From a phage, in the sequence record PV467748.1: a DNA stretch of 64,000 bases; one strand, given 5' to 3'. Position 1 is the stretch's first letter, and each line of letters opens with the position of its first letter. Made by a program: the position numbers and the translations under genes. Below, in pieces: positions 9,240-20,660 of this stretch. Below the pieces are notes generated by a model that was not told the DNA's origin, made no database searches, and worked only from the letters and a program-made list of their open reading frames with translations.

Positions 9240-9862
9240 TACATCACCTTAAAGAACTCTTTAAGTCCCTCAATAACGTGGACGGTATGTTCACCACATT
9301 CACAAGAAATAGGTATAGCCAAAATAGGCTTAGGGGCGACTAGTGCATCATAAACTTCTTTTATGTCTTTTTCTGTTATCGCAGAATAAAGGTCATCAAG
9401 TTCCGCATCACTTAAATCGGAAAGAAAAAGCTTTTCGCCTGCAGAAGTTAAAATATAATCGATACACCCTGCGACCATCATAGCCCTATTTTTATCTTCA
9501 AAGAGTTTAGGATATCTGAAAACAATTTTAAAGTTGCCAAAGTCTTTAATAACATCCGGCTCTTTACCTAATGTTGCGCGAGTTAGTGTCATAGGGACAA
9601 CCTGTGAGCGACCGCAACTACAAACCCACTCACGTTCTATATTCACTTCAGCTAATGAATGGGCCCACAGGTTTATCACCAGGAGCTCAGATTCTTGCTT
9701 GTTTAAATCACGAGCATCTGTGCAATTCGAAATGAGTTCATTGATAAAGGACTCTATTCTGCCTTCTAATTTAGCTTGGAGCAAGTCCTTATACTCTCTG
9801 AGGGTAAATGCTCTGCATTTTATGGTTTTGTTTTTAATTTTTACGTCAAAAGTATAATTCAT
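9239..9862 (-). CDS. 26: Baseplate hub protein gp26
   Basis: 207 aa; divergent from gene 51 as in T4. Confidence 0.75.
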   Translation of the reverse strand: MNYTFDVKIKNKTIKCRAFTLREYKDLLQAKLEGRIESFINELISNCTDARDLNKQESELLVINLWAHSLAEVNIEREWVCSCGRSQVVPMTLTRATLGKEPDVIKDFGNFKIVFRYPKLFEDKNRAMMVAGCIDYILTSAGEKLFLSDLSDAELDDLYSAITEKDIKEVYDALVAPKPILAIPISCECGEHTVHVIEGLKEFFKVM

Positions 9863-9880
9863 TGTCTTCTCCTTTAAGCT

Positions 9881-9892
9881 TATTTATAAATA
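9881..9892. promoter_or_regulatory. Overlapping divergent late promoters (palindromic tatttataaata)
   Basis: Reads TATAAATA on both strands; serves gene 51 (+) and gene 26 (-). Confidence 0.55.
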
Positions 9893-9912
9893 CATCAATA
9901 AGAGGACACCCT

Positions 9913-10665
9913 ATGGCTAATATAGTACGTTGTGAAATGCCTGATGGAGTCCACCGATTTAAACCTTTTACAGTAGCTGATTATCGTGATTTTATTTTGA
10001 TTCGAAATGACATGAATAATAAATCACCTGAAGAGCAAAAACAAATTTTAGATGAGTTACTGGAAGAATACTTCGGTGAATATCCTATGTCATGGCGCCC
10101 GTATATGTTCATTGAACTTTACACATCATCACTCGGCAAGACCAAAATTCCTATCCGATACACTTGTAGTAAGTGTGAAAAGGATAGACAAGTTTTATTC
10201 AATTTGAAACAGACCAAGTTAGATAATCCCACAATTGAAGTGGCCGGCTTGAAGCTAGCATTCAAATTTCCGGAAATAGAATATCAAGACAAATCCGAAT
10301 TGATTCTGAACACCCTCCAAACCGTGGAAGATGAAAACGGGAAATATAATTGGACTGACCTTTCTGAAGAAGACCAATTAGCCGTAATAGATGCTATAGA
10401 CTTATCCACTTTAGAGGATATAGTCAAACAAACTAGCCCTATTAATTTTGAACTAAAATATGGATGCTGTAATCGTAGAACAATTACGTATACCGATATT
10501 TTAGAGGTGTTTAAGCTTATAGTCAATCCGGATGAGATATTTTTATTTTACCAAATAAACCATTTATTGGTAAAGAACAATTATTCATTAGAAAGCATTA
10601 TGCAGATGATTCCAATCGAACGCGGTATTGCTTTGTCTTTGGTTGAAAAGGACCTTAAGAAATGA
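9913..10665 (+). CDS. 51: Baseplate hub assembly catalyst gp51
   Basis: ORF track starts at 9862; true start likely Met18 (MANIVR...) with AAGAGG RBS and late promoter upstream; 250 aa vs T4 249 aa. Confidence 0.8.
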   Translation: MANIVRCEMPDGVHRFKPFTVADYRDFILIRNDMNNKSPEEQKQILDELLEEYFGEYPMSWRPYMFIELYTSSLGKTKIPIRYTCSKCEKDRQVLFNLKQTKLDNPTIEVAGLKLAFKFPEIEYQDKSELILNTLQTVEDENGKYNWTDLSEEDQLAVIDAIDLSTLEDIVKQTSPINFELKYGCCNRRTITYTDILEVFKLIVNPDEIFLFYQINHLLVKNNYSLESIMQMIPIERGIALSLVEKDLKK

Positions 10666-11831
10666 GTTCAAAAACTATGCAACGTGAAGGCTTTCCTAAT
10701 ATTAGTATACGCCTTTACGAAGATTATGACGCCTGGTTAGAGCATCGTTTTGTTGAACTAGGCGCGACATTTACTACTCTAACAATGCGAGATGGACTTT
10801 ACGGTAGTAATGAAGGATTGCTCCAGTTTTATGATGCAAAGAACCTTCATACTAAAATGGACGGTGAGCAGATTATTCAAATTTCTGTTAAGAATGCTAA
10901 CTCTGAGCGTACCCAATCAAGAATTTATGGAAGTAAGCACTTTGCTGTAGGAGTGGATTCTAAGGGCGACAATATCATAACAATACAACTCGCCCCAATC
11001 CACTTTTTAGAAAATCTTAAATTCGGACGTATGTTCTTCCCTAGTGTTCAAGAAACATTAACTGAAATGATTGGTGTTATTTATCAAGACCGTCCACTTC
11101 TTGCACCTCCATTGAACGGGATAAACGTTTACGTTCCTAATGTTCCTTGGTGCGATTCAATGGACCGTTATATGGAATTTGTACGAGAAGTAGGTATGGC
11201 TGTTGAATCTGATAAATTTGTATTTGTCTGGGAAGATATAGATGGTATTTCTATTATGGACTACGAATTTATGGTTAATCAAGAGCCAATTAATTTTGTG
11301 GTAGGTGAGCCGCGTTTAATAGGCCAATACGTTCAAGATATGGATACTCCTATCGCATTTGATTTTGAATGGTTAACTAAAGCCAACCAGCATTCCAGAA
11401 AGCCATATGAAAACGCTACTATATACGCCCACTCTTTCTTAGACAAAAACGCCACACGAATTACTTTTGGCGATGGGCAAAACAGTATATTGGTTTCTCG
11501 CTCTGGCGGATATTCCGATTATACCTATCGAAATGGATATGAAGAAGCTGATAGATTAGTTACAATGGCCCAATACGACGGCTACGCGCATTGTAAGGTA
11601 TACGGTAACTTTGAACTAACTCCAGGCGATAAGATTAATTTCTATGACCCTAAAAACCAATTCCAATACGATTTTTATGTAGACGAAGTTATTCATGAAG
11701 TGAGTAACAATACATCAATTACAAACCTTTATATGTTTACTAATGGTAAGCCTATTAAGATTGAAGAACCACCGAAGGTTAAAAATGAACTTAAAACTGA
11801 TACTCCCTATCAAGAAAATAACGCTGGGTGA
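10662..11831 (+). CDS. 27: Baseplate hub protein gp27
   Basis: 389 aa (T4 391 aa); T4 position. Confidence 0.85.
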   Translation: MSSKTMQREGFPNISIRLYEDYDAWLEHRFVELGATFTTLTMRDGLYGSNEGLLQFYDAKNLHTKMDGEQIIQISVKNANSERTQSRIYGSKHFAVGVDSKGDNIITIQLAPIHFLENLKFGRMFFPSVQETLTEMIGVIYQDRPLLAPPLNGINVYVPNVPWCDSMDRYMEFVREVGMAVESDKFVFVWEDIDGISIMDYEFMVNQEPINFVVGEPRLIGQYVQDMDTPIAFDFEWLTKANQHSRKPYENATIYAHSFLDKNATRITFGDGQNSILVSRSGGYSDYTYRNGYEEADRLVTMAQYDGYAHCKVYGNFELTPGDKINFYDPKNQFQYDFYVDEVIHEVSNNTSITNLYMFTNGKPIKIEEPPKVKNELKTDTPYQENNAG

Positions 11832-12312
11832 TAAAGAGATTTCTATTCCTAAATTGGGTCTTAAACACCAGAAATTGGTTAAAGATGAAAAAGACCCTTA
11901 CAAGGCTCTTCACATATTAATGAATTCCATTTATAAAGATTTATCCGCGGCAGAGACTGATTTTGCCGCTCTTCACCTTTTAGAATTCAATGGAAGATTA
12001 AAAAGTAAAGTAACCAAAGACGGGTTTACTTATAACTTAAATGACCTTTATATTTGCCAACGACTTGAATTCCAATTCCAAGGTAAAACATTTAAATTTA
12101 AATCACATGAACCATTTCAAACATTTGGGCCTGTTGATAGTGTATTACAGTCCCTTTACCTTGGTGATGATGTACCAGATTTTCTGGATATGCCTGCCTT
12201 TGTTGCTACATGGGCCGACGATATAACTTCTACTATAGCTATCCCTGGTCCTAATGGTCCTATCAAAGGATTGCTTAAAATCATGGATATCTTAAATGAA
12301 GAACGAATCTAA
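11785..12312 (+). CDS. 28: Baseplate distal hub protein gp28
   Basis: ORF track 11743..12312; Met15 start gives 175 aa (T4 177 aa); overlaps gp27 3' end. Confidence 0.65.
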   Translation: MNLKLILPIKKITLGDKEISIPKLGLKHQKLVKDEKDPYKALHILMNSIYKDLSAAETDFAALHLLEFNGRLKSKVTKDGFTYNLNDLYICQRLEFQFQGKTFKFKSHEPFQTFGPVDSVLQSLYLGDDVPDFLDMPAFVATWADDITSTIAIPGPNGPIKGLLKIMDILNEERI

Positions 12313-14032
12313 TCAGAATAGTTTTCGTCGCAATAAACTGATTGAAGAAATGGCTCCTCAGCGTCGTGCTGAGGCGCTAGCCCAAACTCAGAACGACGAA
12401 TTAGGAAATATATCAGATGTTTTATCCGATTCCCAGGCGGCGTCTGAATTGCTCTCTGAAGTGGTTGAGACAAAGTCCAATCAGATTATTAGTTCTGTAG
12501 ACCGAGTAGATAAAAGCGTCCAAGATGTTGTTGCTGGGACAGAATTAACGGCTGAAGCTATATCAGAACAAACTCAACAATCTAAAGCTCTTTCGGATGC
12601 ACTAAACGAAAAGATTAATAAGCTTTCTAATATGTTAGAGGCTAAATTTTCTGGTATTTCTATTCCACCGGAAGGGAGTTCATTAAAGGTTATTGAAGAC
12701 TCTATTCCGGAAGAACCTAAGGCCGAAACTCCTAAAGTTCCTGCTGTTGTTGAAGATATTCTTCCGCCTGAAGATAATAAACCTGACGCTGAATTTATGC
12801 CCGAGCCTCCTAAAAATTCAGATGAAGGTAAAGAAGGTGATAAGACTTCTCTTTCTGATAAAATTGAAGCCCTTACTAAAATAACTGAAAAGGGATTTAA
12901 AGCTTCTATAGGCGTCGCTGATAGAATTTCAGGCATGCTTTTTAAGTATACCATTACCGCTGCCGCTGAAGCTGCTAAACTCGCAGCAGGTTTAGTCCTT
13001 TTAATATTTGGTATAGATGCCATTCGCGTATACTTCCAATATTTCATGGACCAATTTGAGTCAGGGTGGAAAGAATTTAACGATAAGTTTAAAGAGTGGG
13101 GACCATTACTTGAAGGGCTAATGACATGGGCCAAGAATGCTGAAGCCATGTTTAGTGAAGGAAACTGGTTAGGTCTGGCTGAAGCTATTATTCGTGGTAT
13201 GGTTAATCTTACCAAAAATATGGCACAACTTTTAATGCTTGGTATTTCTAAGTTGATTTCTGCTATTTTAAGTAAAATACCTGGTATGGGTGATTTAGCT
13301 GAAAACGTAGAGGCTTCTGCTTTAATGTCATATCAGCAAAATACCGGAGCCACTTTGGACGATGAAGACCAAACTAAAGTGGCCAAGTACCATGATAGAC
13401 GTTCAGCCGAGGCTTTAGAAACAGCCGAGAAAATGAATAAGAAGTATAAGGATAAACCTGAGCTTATAAACCAGGCAGAGAAATACGGTAATCTTACTAA
13501 AGAACAAGCCGACCAATTACGCGCAGGTGGAATTGACACAAGCTTCCGTGACCTCCCTGAAGAAGAACGTTTAGAGTATTTCAAGAAACGTGATAAAGCT
13601 CAGGCTGATATTATTCGTTTGACACAAACCGCTGATAATATAATGAAGCCAGATTCTAAAGATATCGAAAATGCTAAAGCATTTAAAGCTGATATCGAGA
13701 AACAATTGGCCGACCCTATTATGGCTAAAGGTGGGGCACCGAAAGACCTTAATATCCAGCAATTACTCGATAAGATGAATAAATCTTTAGAGAAATTTAA
13801 TGAAGCTGAAAAGCCTAAACCTGCTTCTGTAGCGGAATCTCCTGAAAATACCCAGGTTAAAAAGGTTGATGAGCAAATGAGAGCAAAGGAAAATGCTAAA
13901 TATAGTCAGCAAGCTCCAACTCAAATAAATCAGCAAACGAATATCAAGAAAACGAGTAAGACAAGCTATAATATGCCTCCACAGTCCTCTACTCCTGCTC
14001 CTGGTATGCGTCAAGCTACTAAAGTTAATTAG
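12296..14032 (+). CDS. 29: Baseplate hub / tail length determinator gp29
   Basis: 578 aa, extended alpha-helical low-complexity protein; T4 position. Confidence 0.8.
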   Translation: MKNESNQNSFRRNKLIEEMAPQRRAEALAQTQNDELGNISDVLSDSQAASELLSEVVETKSNQIISSVDRVDKSVQDVVAGTELTAEAISEQTQQSKALSDALNEKINKLSNMLEAKFSGISIPPEGSSLKVIEDSIPEEPKAETPKVPAVVEDILPPEDNKPDAEFMPEPPKNSDEGKEGDKTSLSDKIEALTKITEKGFKASIGVADRISGMLFKYTITAAAEAAKLAAGLVLLIFGIDAIRVYFQYFMDQFESGWKEFNDKFKEWGPLLEGLMTWAKNAEAMFSEGNWLGLAEAIIRGMVNLTKNMAQLLMLGISKLISAILSKIPGMGDLAENVEASALMSYQQNTGATLDDEDQTKVAKYHDRRSAEALETAEKMNKKYKDKPELINQAEKYGNLTKEQADQLRAGGIDTSFRDLPEEERLEYFKKRDKAQADIIRLTQTADNIMKPDSKDIENAKAFKADIEKQLADPIMAKGGAPKDLNIQQLLDKMNKSLEKFNEAEKPKPASVAESPENTQVKKVDEQMRAKENAKYSQQAPTQINQQTNIKKTSKTSYNMPPQSSTPAPGMRQATKVN

Positions 14033-14040
14033 GATTAATA

Positions 14041-15129
14041 ATGAAAGTAAAAGAACTTGACTTTGATGTAGCCTCCTTGTTTAAAGGAGGTTCAAAGACC
14101 TCCGCAGGTCAATCTAAAACACCTCCAATAAAAACCACGGTAACCGCTCAGTATCCAGCTGAGCGGGCTTCAGGTAATGATACCTCAACCGATATGGTAT
14201 TAAACGACCTCTATAAAAATGGATTGCTTTTTACTGCATATAATTTTAGTTCTCGTGTATCTCCGGATTTGCGTAACGACCGTTCGAGTCAAATGACTAA
14301 AAAGTTCTCAAGTGCAGCCAGCAAATTAACAGGTAATAGTGGAACATATAGTGCTGTTAAAAACTTGTTTAGTAATAACTCTAAGGGCGTTAAATTTGAT
14401 AGCCAAGCCTTAGCCAATATTCTTTTACCTCGTTCTAAATCTGATGTGGATTCCGTGTCACATAAATTTAACGATGTAGGCGAATCATTGATTACTAAAG
14501 GTGGTGGTACTGCTACAGGTATTTTAAGTAACGTTGCAAGTACTGCGGTATTTGGTGCGTTGGAATCTGTGACTAATGGCGTAATGGCTGATTCAGGTGA
14601 ACAGATATACACCACTGCCCGTAGTATGTACGCCGGCCCGGATAACCGTACTAAGGTATTTACTTGGGAAATGACTCCACGAAACGCCCAAGACCTTATC
14701 CAGATTATTAAAATATATGAAATCTTTAATTACTATTCTTATGGTGAAACCGGCAACTCAGCCTTCGCAGGCGAATTAAAAGATAAGATTGATACTTGGT
14801 ACCGTTCTACATTTAAAAAAGAAGCTATTGACAAGTTTGATGGTAAGCTATTAGGGGAAAGTATTACAAGCTTCCTTTCTAATGTTATTGTGGTAAGTAA
14901 CCCTACCATTTGGTATATCCGAAACTTTGGCGATAGCAGTTCATATGATGGTCGTGAAGATATTTTCGGCCCGTGTCAAATCCAAAGTATCCGTTTCGAT
15001 AAAACTCCGGACGGGCATTTTAACGGATTGGCTATTGCTCCTAACTTACCATCTACATTTAGTTTAGAAGTTACTTTCCGTGAAATCATTACTTTGAACC
15101 GTGGCTCACTTTATACGGAAGGATTCTAA
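14041..15129 (+). CDS. 48: Baseplate tail tube cap gp48
   Basis: 362 aa (T4 364 aa); position. Confidence 0.8.
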   Translation: MKVKELDFDVASLFKGGSKTSAGQSKTPPIKTTVTAQYPAERASGNDTSTDMVLNDLYKNGLLFTAYNFSSRVSPDLRNDRSSQMTKKFSSAASKLTGNSGTYSAVKNLFSNNSKGVKFDSQALANILLPRSKSDVDSVSHKFNDVGESLITKGGGTATGILSNVASTAVFGALESVTNGVMADSGEQIYTTARSMYAGPDNRTKVFTWEMTPRNAQDLIQIIKIYEIFNYYSYGETGNSAFAGELKDKIDTWYRSTFKKEAIDKFDGKLLGESITSFLSNVIVVSNPTIWYIRNFGDSSSYDGREDIFGPCQIQSIRFDKTPDGHFNGLAIAPNLPSTFSLEVTFREIITLNRGSLYTEGF

Positions 15130-16058
15130 TGTATACTTTACAAGAATTTCAGAACCAGGCAATTAATATTGACCTACAGAGGAATAACCTGTTTAGTGTA
15201 GTATTTGCTACAGTTCCTTCTTCTAAATCCCAAGCGCTCCTCGACCAGTTCGGTGGAGCTTTATTTAACAATATCCCATTGAATAGCGATTTGTTTGGTA
15301 TTACACAAGGAGAGTTGACCCAAGGTGTTACGACATTAGTGACAGCGGGCACTCAGAAGTTGATTCGTAAGTCAGGCATAAGTAAATATCTGATTGGAGC
15401 TATGTCATCCAGGGTTGTGCAGAGCTTACTAGGAGAGTTTGAAGTAGGTACATATCTGATGGATTTTTTCAATATGGCCTATCCTACGGCAGGTCTTTTA
15501 GTCCACGCCGTTAAAATCCCAGATAATACTTTGAGCTATGAAATGGATTTGAACCACAACTCGCCTAACATCAAAATTACCGGAAGAGAATATTCTCCAT
15601 TGGTATTAAGCTTCCGTATGGATTCTGAAGCTGCTAACTACCGTGCTTTTAATGATTGGGTCAATAGTGTTCAAGACCCTATTACACAATTAAGAGCATT
15701 GCCTGAGGATGTTGAAGCCGACATTCAAGTCAACCTTCATTCTCGTAATGGATTGCCACATACGGTAGTAATGCTTAATGGTTGTGTTCCAATGAGCGTA
15801 TCTTCCCCGGAATTATCTTACGACGGTGATAACCAAATTGCTTCGTTTGATGTTACATTTGCTTATAGAAGTGTACAGACAGGCGCAGTCGGTAAACAGG
15901 CTGCTTACGAATGGCTGGAAGATAAGATTATTAAAGGCGTCGCTGGGCTAAGTGAGAATAATTCACTGAGTTCTTCAGTAGCTAAATTAAGTCGACTTTC
16001 AGGAGCGGCTAGTGGATTAACAGGATTGGTTAATAGTAGAATATCGAGGTTGCTATAG
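15129..16058 (+). CDS. 54: Baseplate tail tube initiator gp54
   Basis: 309 aa; position; overlaps gp48 stop. Confidence 0.8.
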   Translation: MYTLQEFQNQAINIDLQRNNLFSVVFATVPSSKSQALLDQFGGALFNNIPLNSDLFGITQGELTQGVTTLVTAGTQKLIRKSGISKYLIGAMSSRVVQSLLGEFEVGTYLMDFFNMAYPTAGLLVHAVKIPDNTLSYEMDLNHNSPNIKITGREYSPLVLSFRMDSEAANYRAFNDWVNSVQDPITQLRALPEDVEADIQVNLHSRNGLPHTVVMLNGCVPMSVSSPELSYDGDNQIASFDVTFAYRSVQTGAVGKQAAYEWLEDKIIKGVAGLSENNSLSSSVAKLSRLSGAASGLTGLVNSRISRLL

Positions 16059-16059
16059 C

Positions 16060-16083
16060 AAAAAAGGAGAGCGTACGCTCTCC
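16060..16083. terminator. Bidirectional hairpin terminator ggagagcg-ta-cgctctcc between convergent gene 54 and alt-operon
   Basis: Perfect 8 bp stem; A-run on plus side gives T-run for minus-strand transcripts. Confidence 0.6.
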
Positions 16084-16092
16084 TTTAGGGGG

Positions 16093-16383
16093 TTATTTAC
16101 GGAACGAAATGAAACCTGCTGCAGTCATTAGTGGTTGCTTTTTATCAAACACCGTAACTGAAATAGGAGCTTCAGATTCGAGTTGTCCTGTCACTACACC
16201 GTTAAAAATGTTTTCGGTTTGTTCTGGATGAGAAAAATTCTCAACAGGCCGGATATCAAACTGTTTGTCTTCACCGAAAACTCGACGTAATTCATTACCC
16301 ACTGCACTGTCAAACTCTTCAGAAGCAGGGATAACGTTTTCAACCACCAGTTCTTGACCATTAAAACGGAATGCAGATTTCAT
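16093..16383 (-). CDS. Hypothetical protein, 96 aa (alt-downstream ORF)
   Basis: ORF downstream of the alt array in the same orientation. Confidence 0.45.
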   Translation of the reverse strand: MKSAFRFNGQELVVENVIPASEEFDSAVGNELRRVFGEDKQFDIRPVENFSHPEQTENIFNGVVTGQLESEAPISVTVFDKKQPLMTAAGFISFRK

Positions 16384-16440
16384 AATGTTCTCCTCATGTT
16401 TGTGTAAGGTAATAGTACCACATCCTTGTGGTGTTGTAAA

Positions 16441-18564
16441 CTACATTTTGAATTTATTTGATAAAGAAGAGATATCCAAAGACGCTGCAAGGATTTCCAT
16501 AGCTTCGTTGCTTTCAGAAACGGATTCATTAACCAAGAATTGACTAAATCCATCCATCAGGCGAACTTCACCAGTTTCCATCAAATGGTCACCATCGTAA
16601 ACAGATTCGCTGAGCTCTGAAGGAGGTGTTACGGTAGCTTCCATAAGGTATTTGTGAGATACTCTATCATTCATGGCAAAAGCCGCTACTTTATCAACCT
16701 TCAACAATAATCCGCGCGGAAGGATAATTTCTGCTTCTTCGGCATATTCTGTAAGGTCACCAGGAGCGATAACTTTAACTGCTTCAGCACCTCGAATAAC
16801 CATACCAATTTCAGCAATTCTATCTGCAGGACCTTCAGGTGCAATTGGATTACCAAACTCGTCTTCTTCCCATTCTACCTCTTCGTCATCGACTTCACCC
16901 ACATCAGATGAACTACCACTAGCCAATTTAAACAACTCATCAGCTGAGGACAAAGAACCTTCACCACCAACAAAAACGGCTTGGTTGTCGAGGGCCATAT
17001 AATTTTTACCGAATTCACCAAAGATGTTAGGCTTTAATGAGGCTGACACAAAGTTCTTAAAGTAAAATGTTTTGTTATCGATATTATGGCGCAGAATTTT
17101 GTATGGCAAATCCTGACCACGATACAAAATAGTACCCTTAGGAAGTTTAATACCCTTAGTAAATGCTGAGTCTAAATCCTTAATCAATTTAATAGCCGTT
17201 GTATTGTTTTCGGATTCAGGTTTACCTAAAAGGAATAAGTTCATAGGAGCATATTCAGCCGCGCAATATTCAATAATAGCATTGCTTTCGTCTTTGGTTA
17301 GGTCCTTAGGTTTAATGAGCTCGCCTGAATAAGCATATGCATCACTAATAGAATCGTTAACCAGTTTATAAACTGCTTCCATAGCGAAAGCAATTCGAGA
17401 GGCCTTTTCTGAAGGGGAACCCTTAAAACGGGTACTCAGGTTATTAACAATTTTCTTAATAATATCCAGACTATTGGTTGTATTGATTTGCGAAAGACCA
17501 CTTAAAAGTCTATCGACTTCTGTATTAAAAAATGCCATATTATTAGAGTAAATTTCAAACCCTTGTTTATCTCTATTAGCATAATTTAGTTTAAATTTAC
17601 TATCAGTCATTAAAGCGTGTGTGAGAGCAATAGTGTATCTAAAGTTGGCAAGGTCCTCGCTCTTAGATTTAAACTGAGAAGCCTGGCGCATTTTAGTAAT
17701 AGCACCTTTTTTAAAGTTCTGGCTAATCTGTTCAATACCTTCATTCTCAGGGCCTTCAGCCGTGTGAACAGGTACAGAAGCTTCAAACTCATTATAAACC
17801 TGCAATTCTTTAGGGGACAAAGTTTCAGGTTCGGCAGTAGAATACTGCGCCGCTGCTGCCATACGACGGGAAATCTTAGTACGGGTAATGACAGCCTTAT
17901 CGGTACGTTTCTCTTCAACTTGTGCAATAGATGCCGCTACTGCTTCAACCTTACTTACGGCCTGGCCGGTTTTCTTAGAAACATACACTTCGCCAACTTT
18001 AGACTCAACTTTAGTATAAAGATCGGCATTAATTTCAGGCATACCCTTGATATCTTCAATATTAGCACCACGACGTACTAAAAGAACGTAGGTATGTTTT
18101 CCGCTGAATTGGAACATGTCGTCAACAACTTTAAACTTACCACCGGTACGAGCCATAGCCAAACGAGCTAATACGCGCTGAACGGTAGGGCCCTTACCTT
18201 TCATTTTCTTAGTAGGGAAACGGAACAGAACTGCGTCCATTTTAAGTTTGTTTATTTGTTCGTATATGGTATCGAAAATGGTGTTCAGTGTACCAAGTGG
18301 ATCGGTACCCAACCCGCCCTTGAGTTCTGCCGGAGCGCCTTTAGCTGACAAACTCATCAAAATAACATGAACATATTTGTCGCCCGGCTTAACCATTTTA
18401 ATAGCGTCTCCTTGAGACGCATAAGATACCATACGAGCAACCAGATTATCATTACCTGGTGCTTGGATAGAGAAAATCTGTGGAATACCGGAACCCGGTT
18501 TAAGATTTGTTACTGGATAGTTTTTAGCGGAATCACTATCAAAAACCTCATTTAAATTTTCCAT
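16441..18564 (-). CDS. Alt-like ADP-ribosyltransferase paralog 1 (707 aa)
   Basis: N-terminal module shared with the two upstream paralogs; C-terminal R-S-E ART signature (LYRGQ, FVSASL, EAEIILPRG). Confidence 0.8.
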   Translation of the reverse strand: MENLNEVFDSDSAKNYPVTNLKPGSGIPQIFSIQAPGNDNLVARMVSYASQGDAIKMVKPGDKYVHVILMSLSAKGAPAELKGGLGTDPLGTLNTIFDTIYEQINKLKMDAVLFRFPTKKMKGKGPTVQRVLARLAMARTGGKFKVVDDMFQFSGKHTYVLLVRRGANIEDIKGMPEINADLYTKVESKVGEVYVSKKTGQAVSKVEAVAASIAQVEEKRTDKAVITRTKISRRMAAAAQYSTAEPETLSPKELQVYNEFEASVPVHTAEGPENEGIEQISQNFKKGAITKMRQASQFKSKSEDLANFRYTIALTHALMTDSKFKLNYANRDKQGFEIYSNNMAFFNTEVDRLLSGLSQINTTNSLDIIKKIVNNLSTRFKGSPSEKASRIAFAMEAVYKLVNDSISDAYAYSGELIKPKDLTKDESNAIIEYCAAEYAPMNLFLLGKPESENNTTAIKLIKDLDSAFTKGIKLPKGTILYRGQDLPYKILRHNIDNKTFYFKNFVSASLKPNIFGEFGKNYMALDNQAVFVGGEGSLSSADELFKLASGSSSDVGEVDDEEVEWEEDEFGNPIAPEGPADRIAEIGMVIRGAEAVKVIAPGDLTEYAEEAEIILPRGLLLKVDKVAAFAMNDRVSHKYLMEATVTPPSELSESVYDGDHLMETGEVRLMDGFSQFLVNESVSESNEAMEILAASLDISSLSNKFKM

Positions 18565-18567
18565 TAT

Positions 18568-20652
18568 TTACCCTTGGATGAATTTTTCTGGGATGTCATA
18601 GAGGTCTATGCATGAAGCCAAAAGAGGCAGTACATCAAACCGGGTAGATTTAACAAATGAATCAAAAGATACAGGGCTTTCGGAAGTATCGAAGTCATCT
18701 TGGTATACAACCAATTCACCAGTTTCCATTAGTACGTCACCATCATACACTACAGATTCTTGAAGCTCATCTGTTGTCATAACTTCAGCTTGAATGAGTT
18801 TTGTATTATTAGATGTTGTTCCATCATTATTAGAAGCATCTGTTATTTTATTAACTTTGACCATTAATCCACGTGGTAGAATAACTTCAGCTTCAGTTGC
18901 TATTCCGAGATTTCCTGGATATACAACATTAACTTTATGAGCACCGTCAATTGCCCATCCTATTTGAGCTTTAACGTAATCAGGATTTTCCTTATACGCC
19001 CTTATTTCATTAGGGTTAATAGTTATTCCTTCTTCATTTTTATCGACTGTCAATTCATTGCGAACTTCCGGTTCTAAAAGACCGATACCAGCGTGTGTAA
19101 CACCAAATCGTCCAAAAATGATAGGGGTTAAAGAAGTAGATACAAAATTTCTGAAATAGAACACTTTATTTTTAACTAGTGCTTCGTATATAGGAGCAGT
19201 CATACTCTGGGCACGATAAACTGTGATGCCTTCTGGTATACGGTCGCCGTTTTCAAAAGCTGAATCTAAATTATTTATCGCAGATTCAATTTCTTTTTCA
19301 CTCATTACCTCATATCGTTCTGGATTGTAGCGACCTAAAAGAAGATTATTGATGTCAGTATATCCTGAACCACAATATTCTCTGATACCACGCTTTTGTG
19401 ATGGAGTATATTTAGAACCCTCACGAGCAATAGTAATATCAACCATAATACCGCCACCTACACCAGCAAAACTATAAACACATTTTTTAATGAACTTGGT
19501 CTTAGTGGCTTTCCACTTGGACTCGGTTAATTCATTCCAGACGTCGTCAGGTTGACCTTTACGAGTTTTGTTATGCTTGGCCAACCATTTGGCTTTGTAT
19601 TCTTCGAAAATGGTATTAATAGCAGAGGCATATTTTTCTAGAGCTTTAACAGATGTCAAAGGTTCGTTTTTGATGGCCGCAAGAATTTTATCTTTAATTT
19701 TCTCTTGGATTTCACCTATACCGTGAAGAGGAAACATTTTGTAATCGTAATGCAATTCTTCAGCAGTGCCTTCAGCTATTATATTAGCAACCTTATTTTT
19801 AGCCGCAGGAGAATTGTTATTAGTAACCATTTCCTGGGCCTCAGGGATTAATGGAGCTGTTGCTGGTTTATTAAAATCCACTGCAGTAGCTTCATATTTC
19901 TTAAACAGTTCACTTTCATTACGATAAGATTCTAACGATTGACTTGCTGCAATAGCACGACGCGAAATCTTAGTCTTGGTTATAACCATTTTATCAGTGC
20001 GACGTTCTTCAACTTTAGCAATACTGCCGGCAATAGCAGTTTCTTTAGTAACCTGCACACCTTCTTTTTTAGAAATATAAACTTCACCGACATCAGAATC
20101 TACCTTAGTGTATAATTCGGAATTAATTCCAGGCATACCTTTGATATCTTCGATATCAGCTTGTTTACGAACTACTAGAATATAAGTATGTTTACCAGTA
20201 AATTGGTACATAGCCGGAACTACTTTGAAGCGTCCACCTGTTTTTTGAGTTGCCAAACGTTGGATAATCCGTTGGACGATAGGTCCTTGCCCTTTCATTT
20301 TCTTGGTTGGAAAACGGAACATCACAGCATCCATACGAAGCTTTTTAACTTGTTCGAATACTACGTCGAAAATGGTATTAATAGCATCAATAGGAGTAGG
20401 GCCTAAGCCGCCTTTAAGTTCGGCTGGAGAACCTTTAGCTGAAAGGCTCATAAGGATAATGTGGGCGTATTTATCACCTAATTTAACCTGTTTAATAGCA
20501 TCGCCTTCAGAGGCATAAGATACCATACGAGCAACCAATTGGGATTCAGCATCGCCAATCTTCCAAATCTGGGGTACTTTAAGTTTTGGGTTTAAGTTTA
20601 CAGTAGGCAGGGTGCCTTCGGACTCAAACACCTCATTCAATTGTTCGGTCAT
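18568..20652 (-). CDS. Alt-like ADP-ribosyltransferase paralog 2 (694 aa)
   Basis: Same N-terminal module; C-terminal TVYRAQ, FVSTSL, EAEVILPRG. Confidence 0.8.
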   Translation of the reverse strand: MTEQLNEVFESEGTLPTVNLNPKLKVPQIWKIGDAESQLVARMVSYASEGDAIKQVKLGDKYAHIILMSLSAKGSPAELKGGLGPTPIDAINTIFDVVFEQVKKLRMDAVMFRFPTKKMKGQGPIVQRIIQRLATQKTGGRFKVVPAMYQFTGKHTYILVVRKQADIEDIKGMPGINSELYTKVDSDVGEVYISKKEGVQVTKETAIAGSIAKVEERRTDKMVITKTKISRRAIAASQSLESYRNESELFKKYEATAVDFNKPATAPLIPEAQEMVTNNNSPAAKNKVANIIAEGTAEELHYDYKMFPLHGIGEIQEKIKDKILAAIKNEPLTSVKALEKYASAINTIFEEYKAKWLAKHNKTRKGQPDDVWNELTESKWKATKTKFIKKCVYSFAGVGGGIMVDITIAREGSKYTPSQKRGIREYCGSGYTDINNLLLGRYNPERYEVMSEKEIESAINNLDSAFENGDRIPEGITVYRAQSMTAPIYEALVKNKVFYFRNFVSTSLTPIIFGRFGVTHAGIGLLEPEVRNELTVDKNEEGITINPNEIRAYKENPDYVKAQIGWAIDGAHKVNVVYPGNLGIATEAEVILPRGLMVKVNKITDASNNDGTTSNNTKLIQAEVMTTDELQESVVYDGDVLMETGELVVYQDDFDTSESPVSFDSFVKSTRFDVLPLLASCIDLYDIPEKFIQG

Positions 20653-20660
20653 AATAATTC

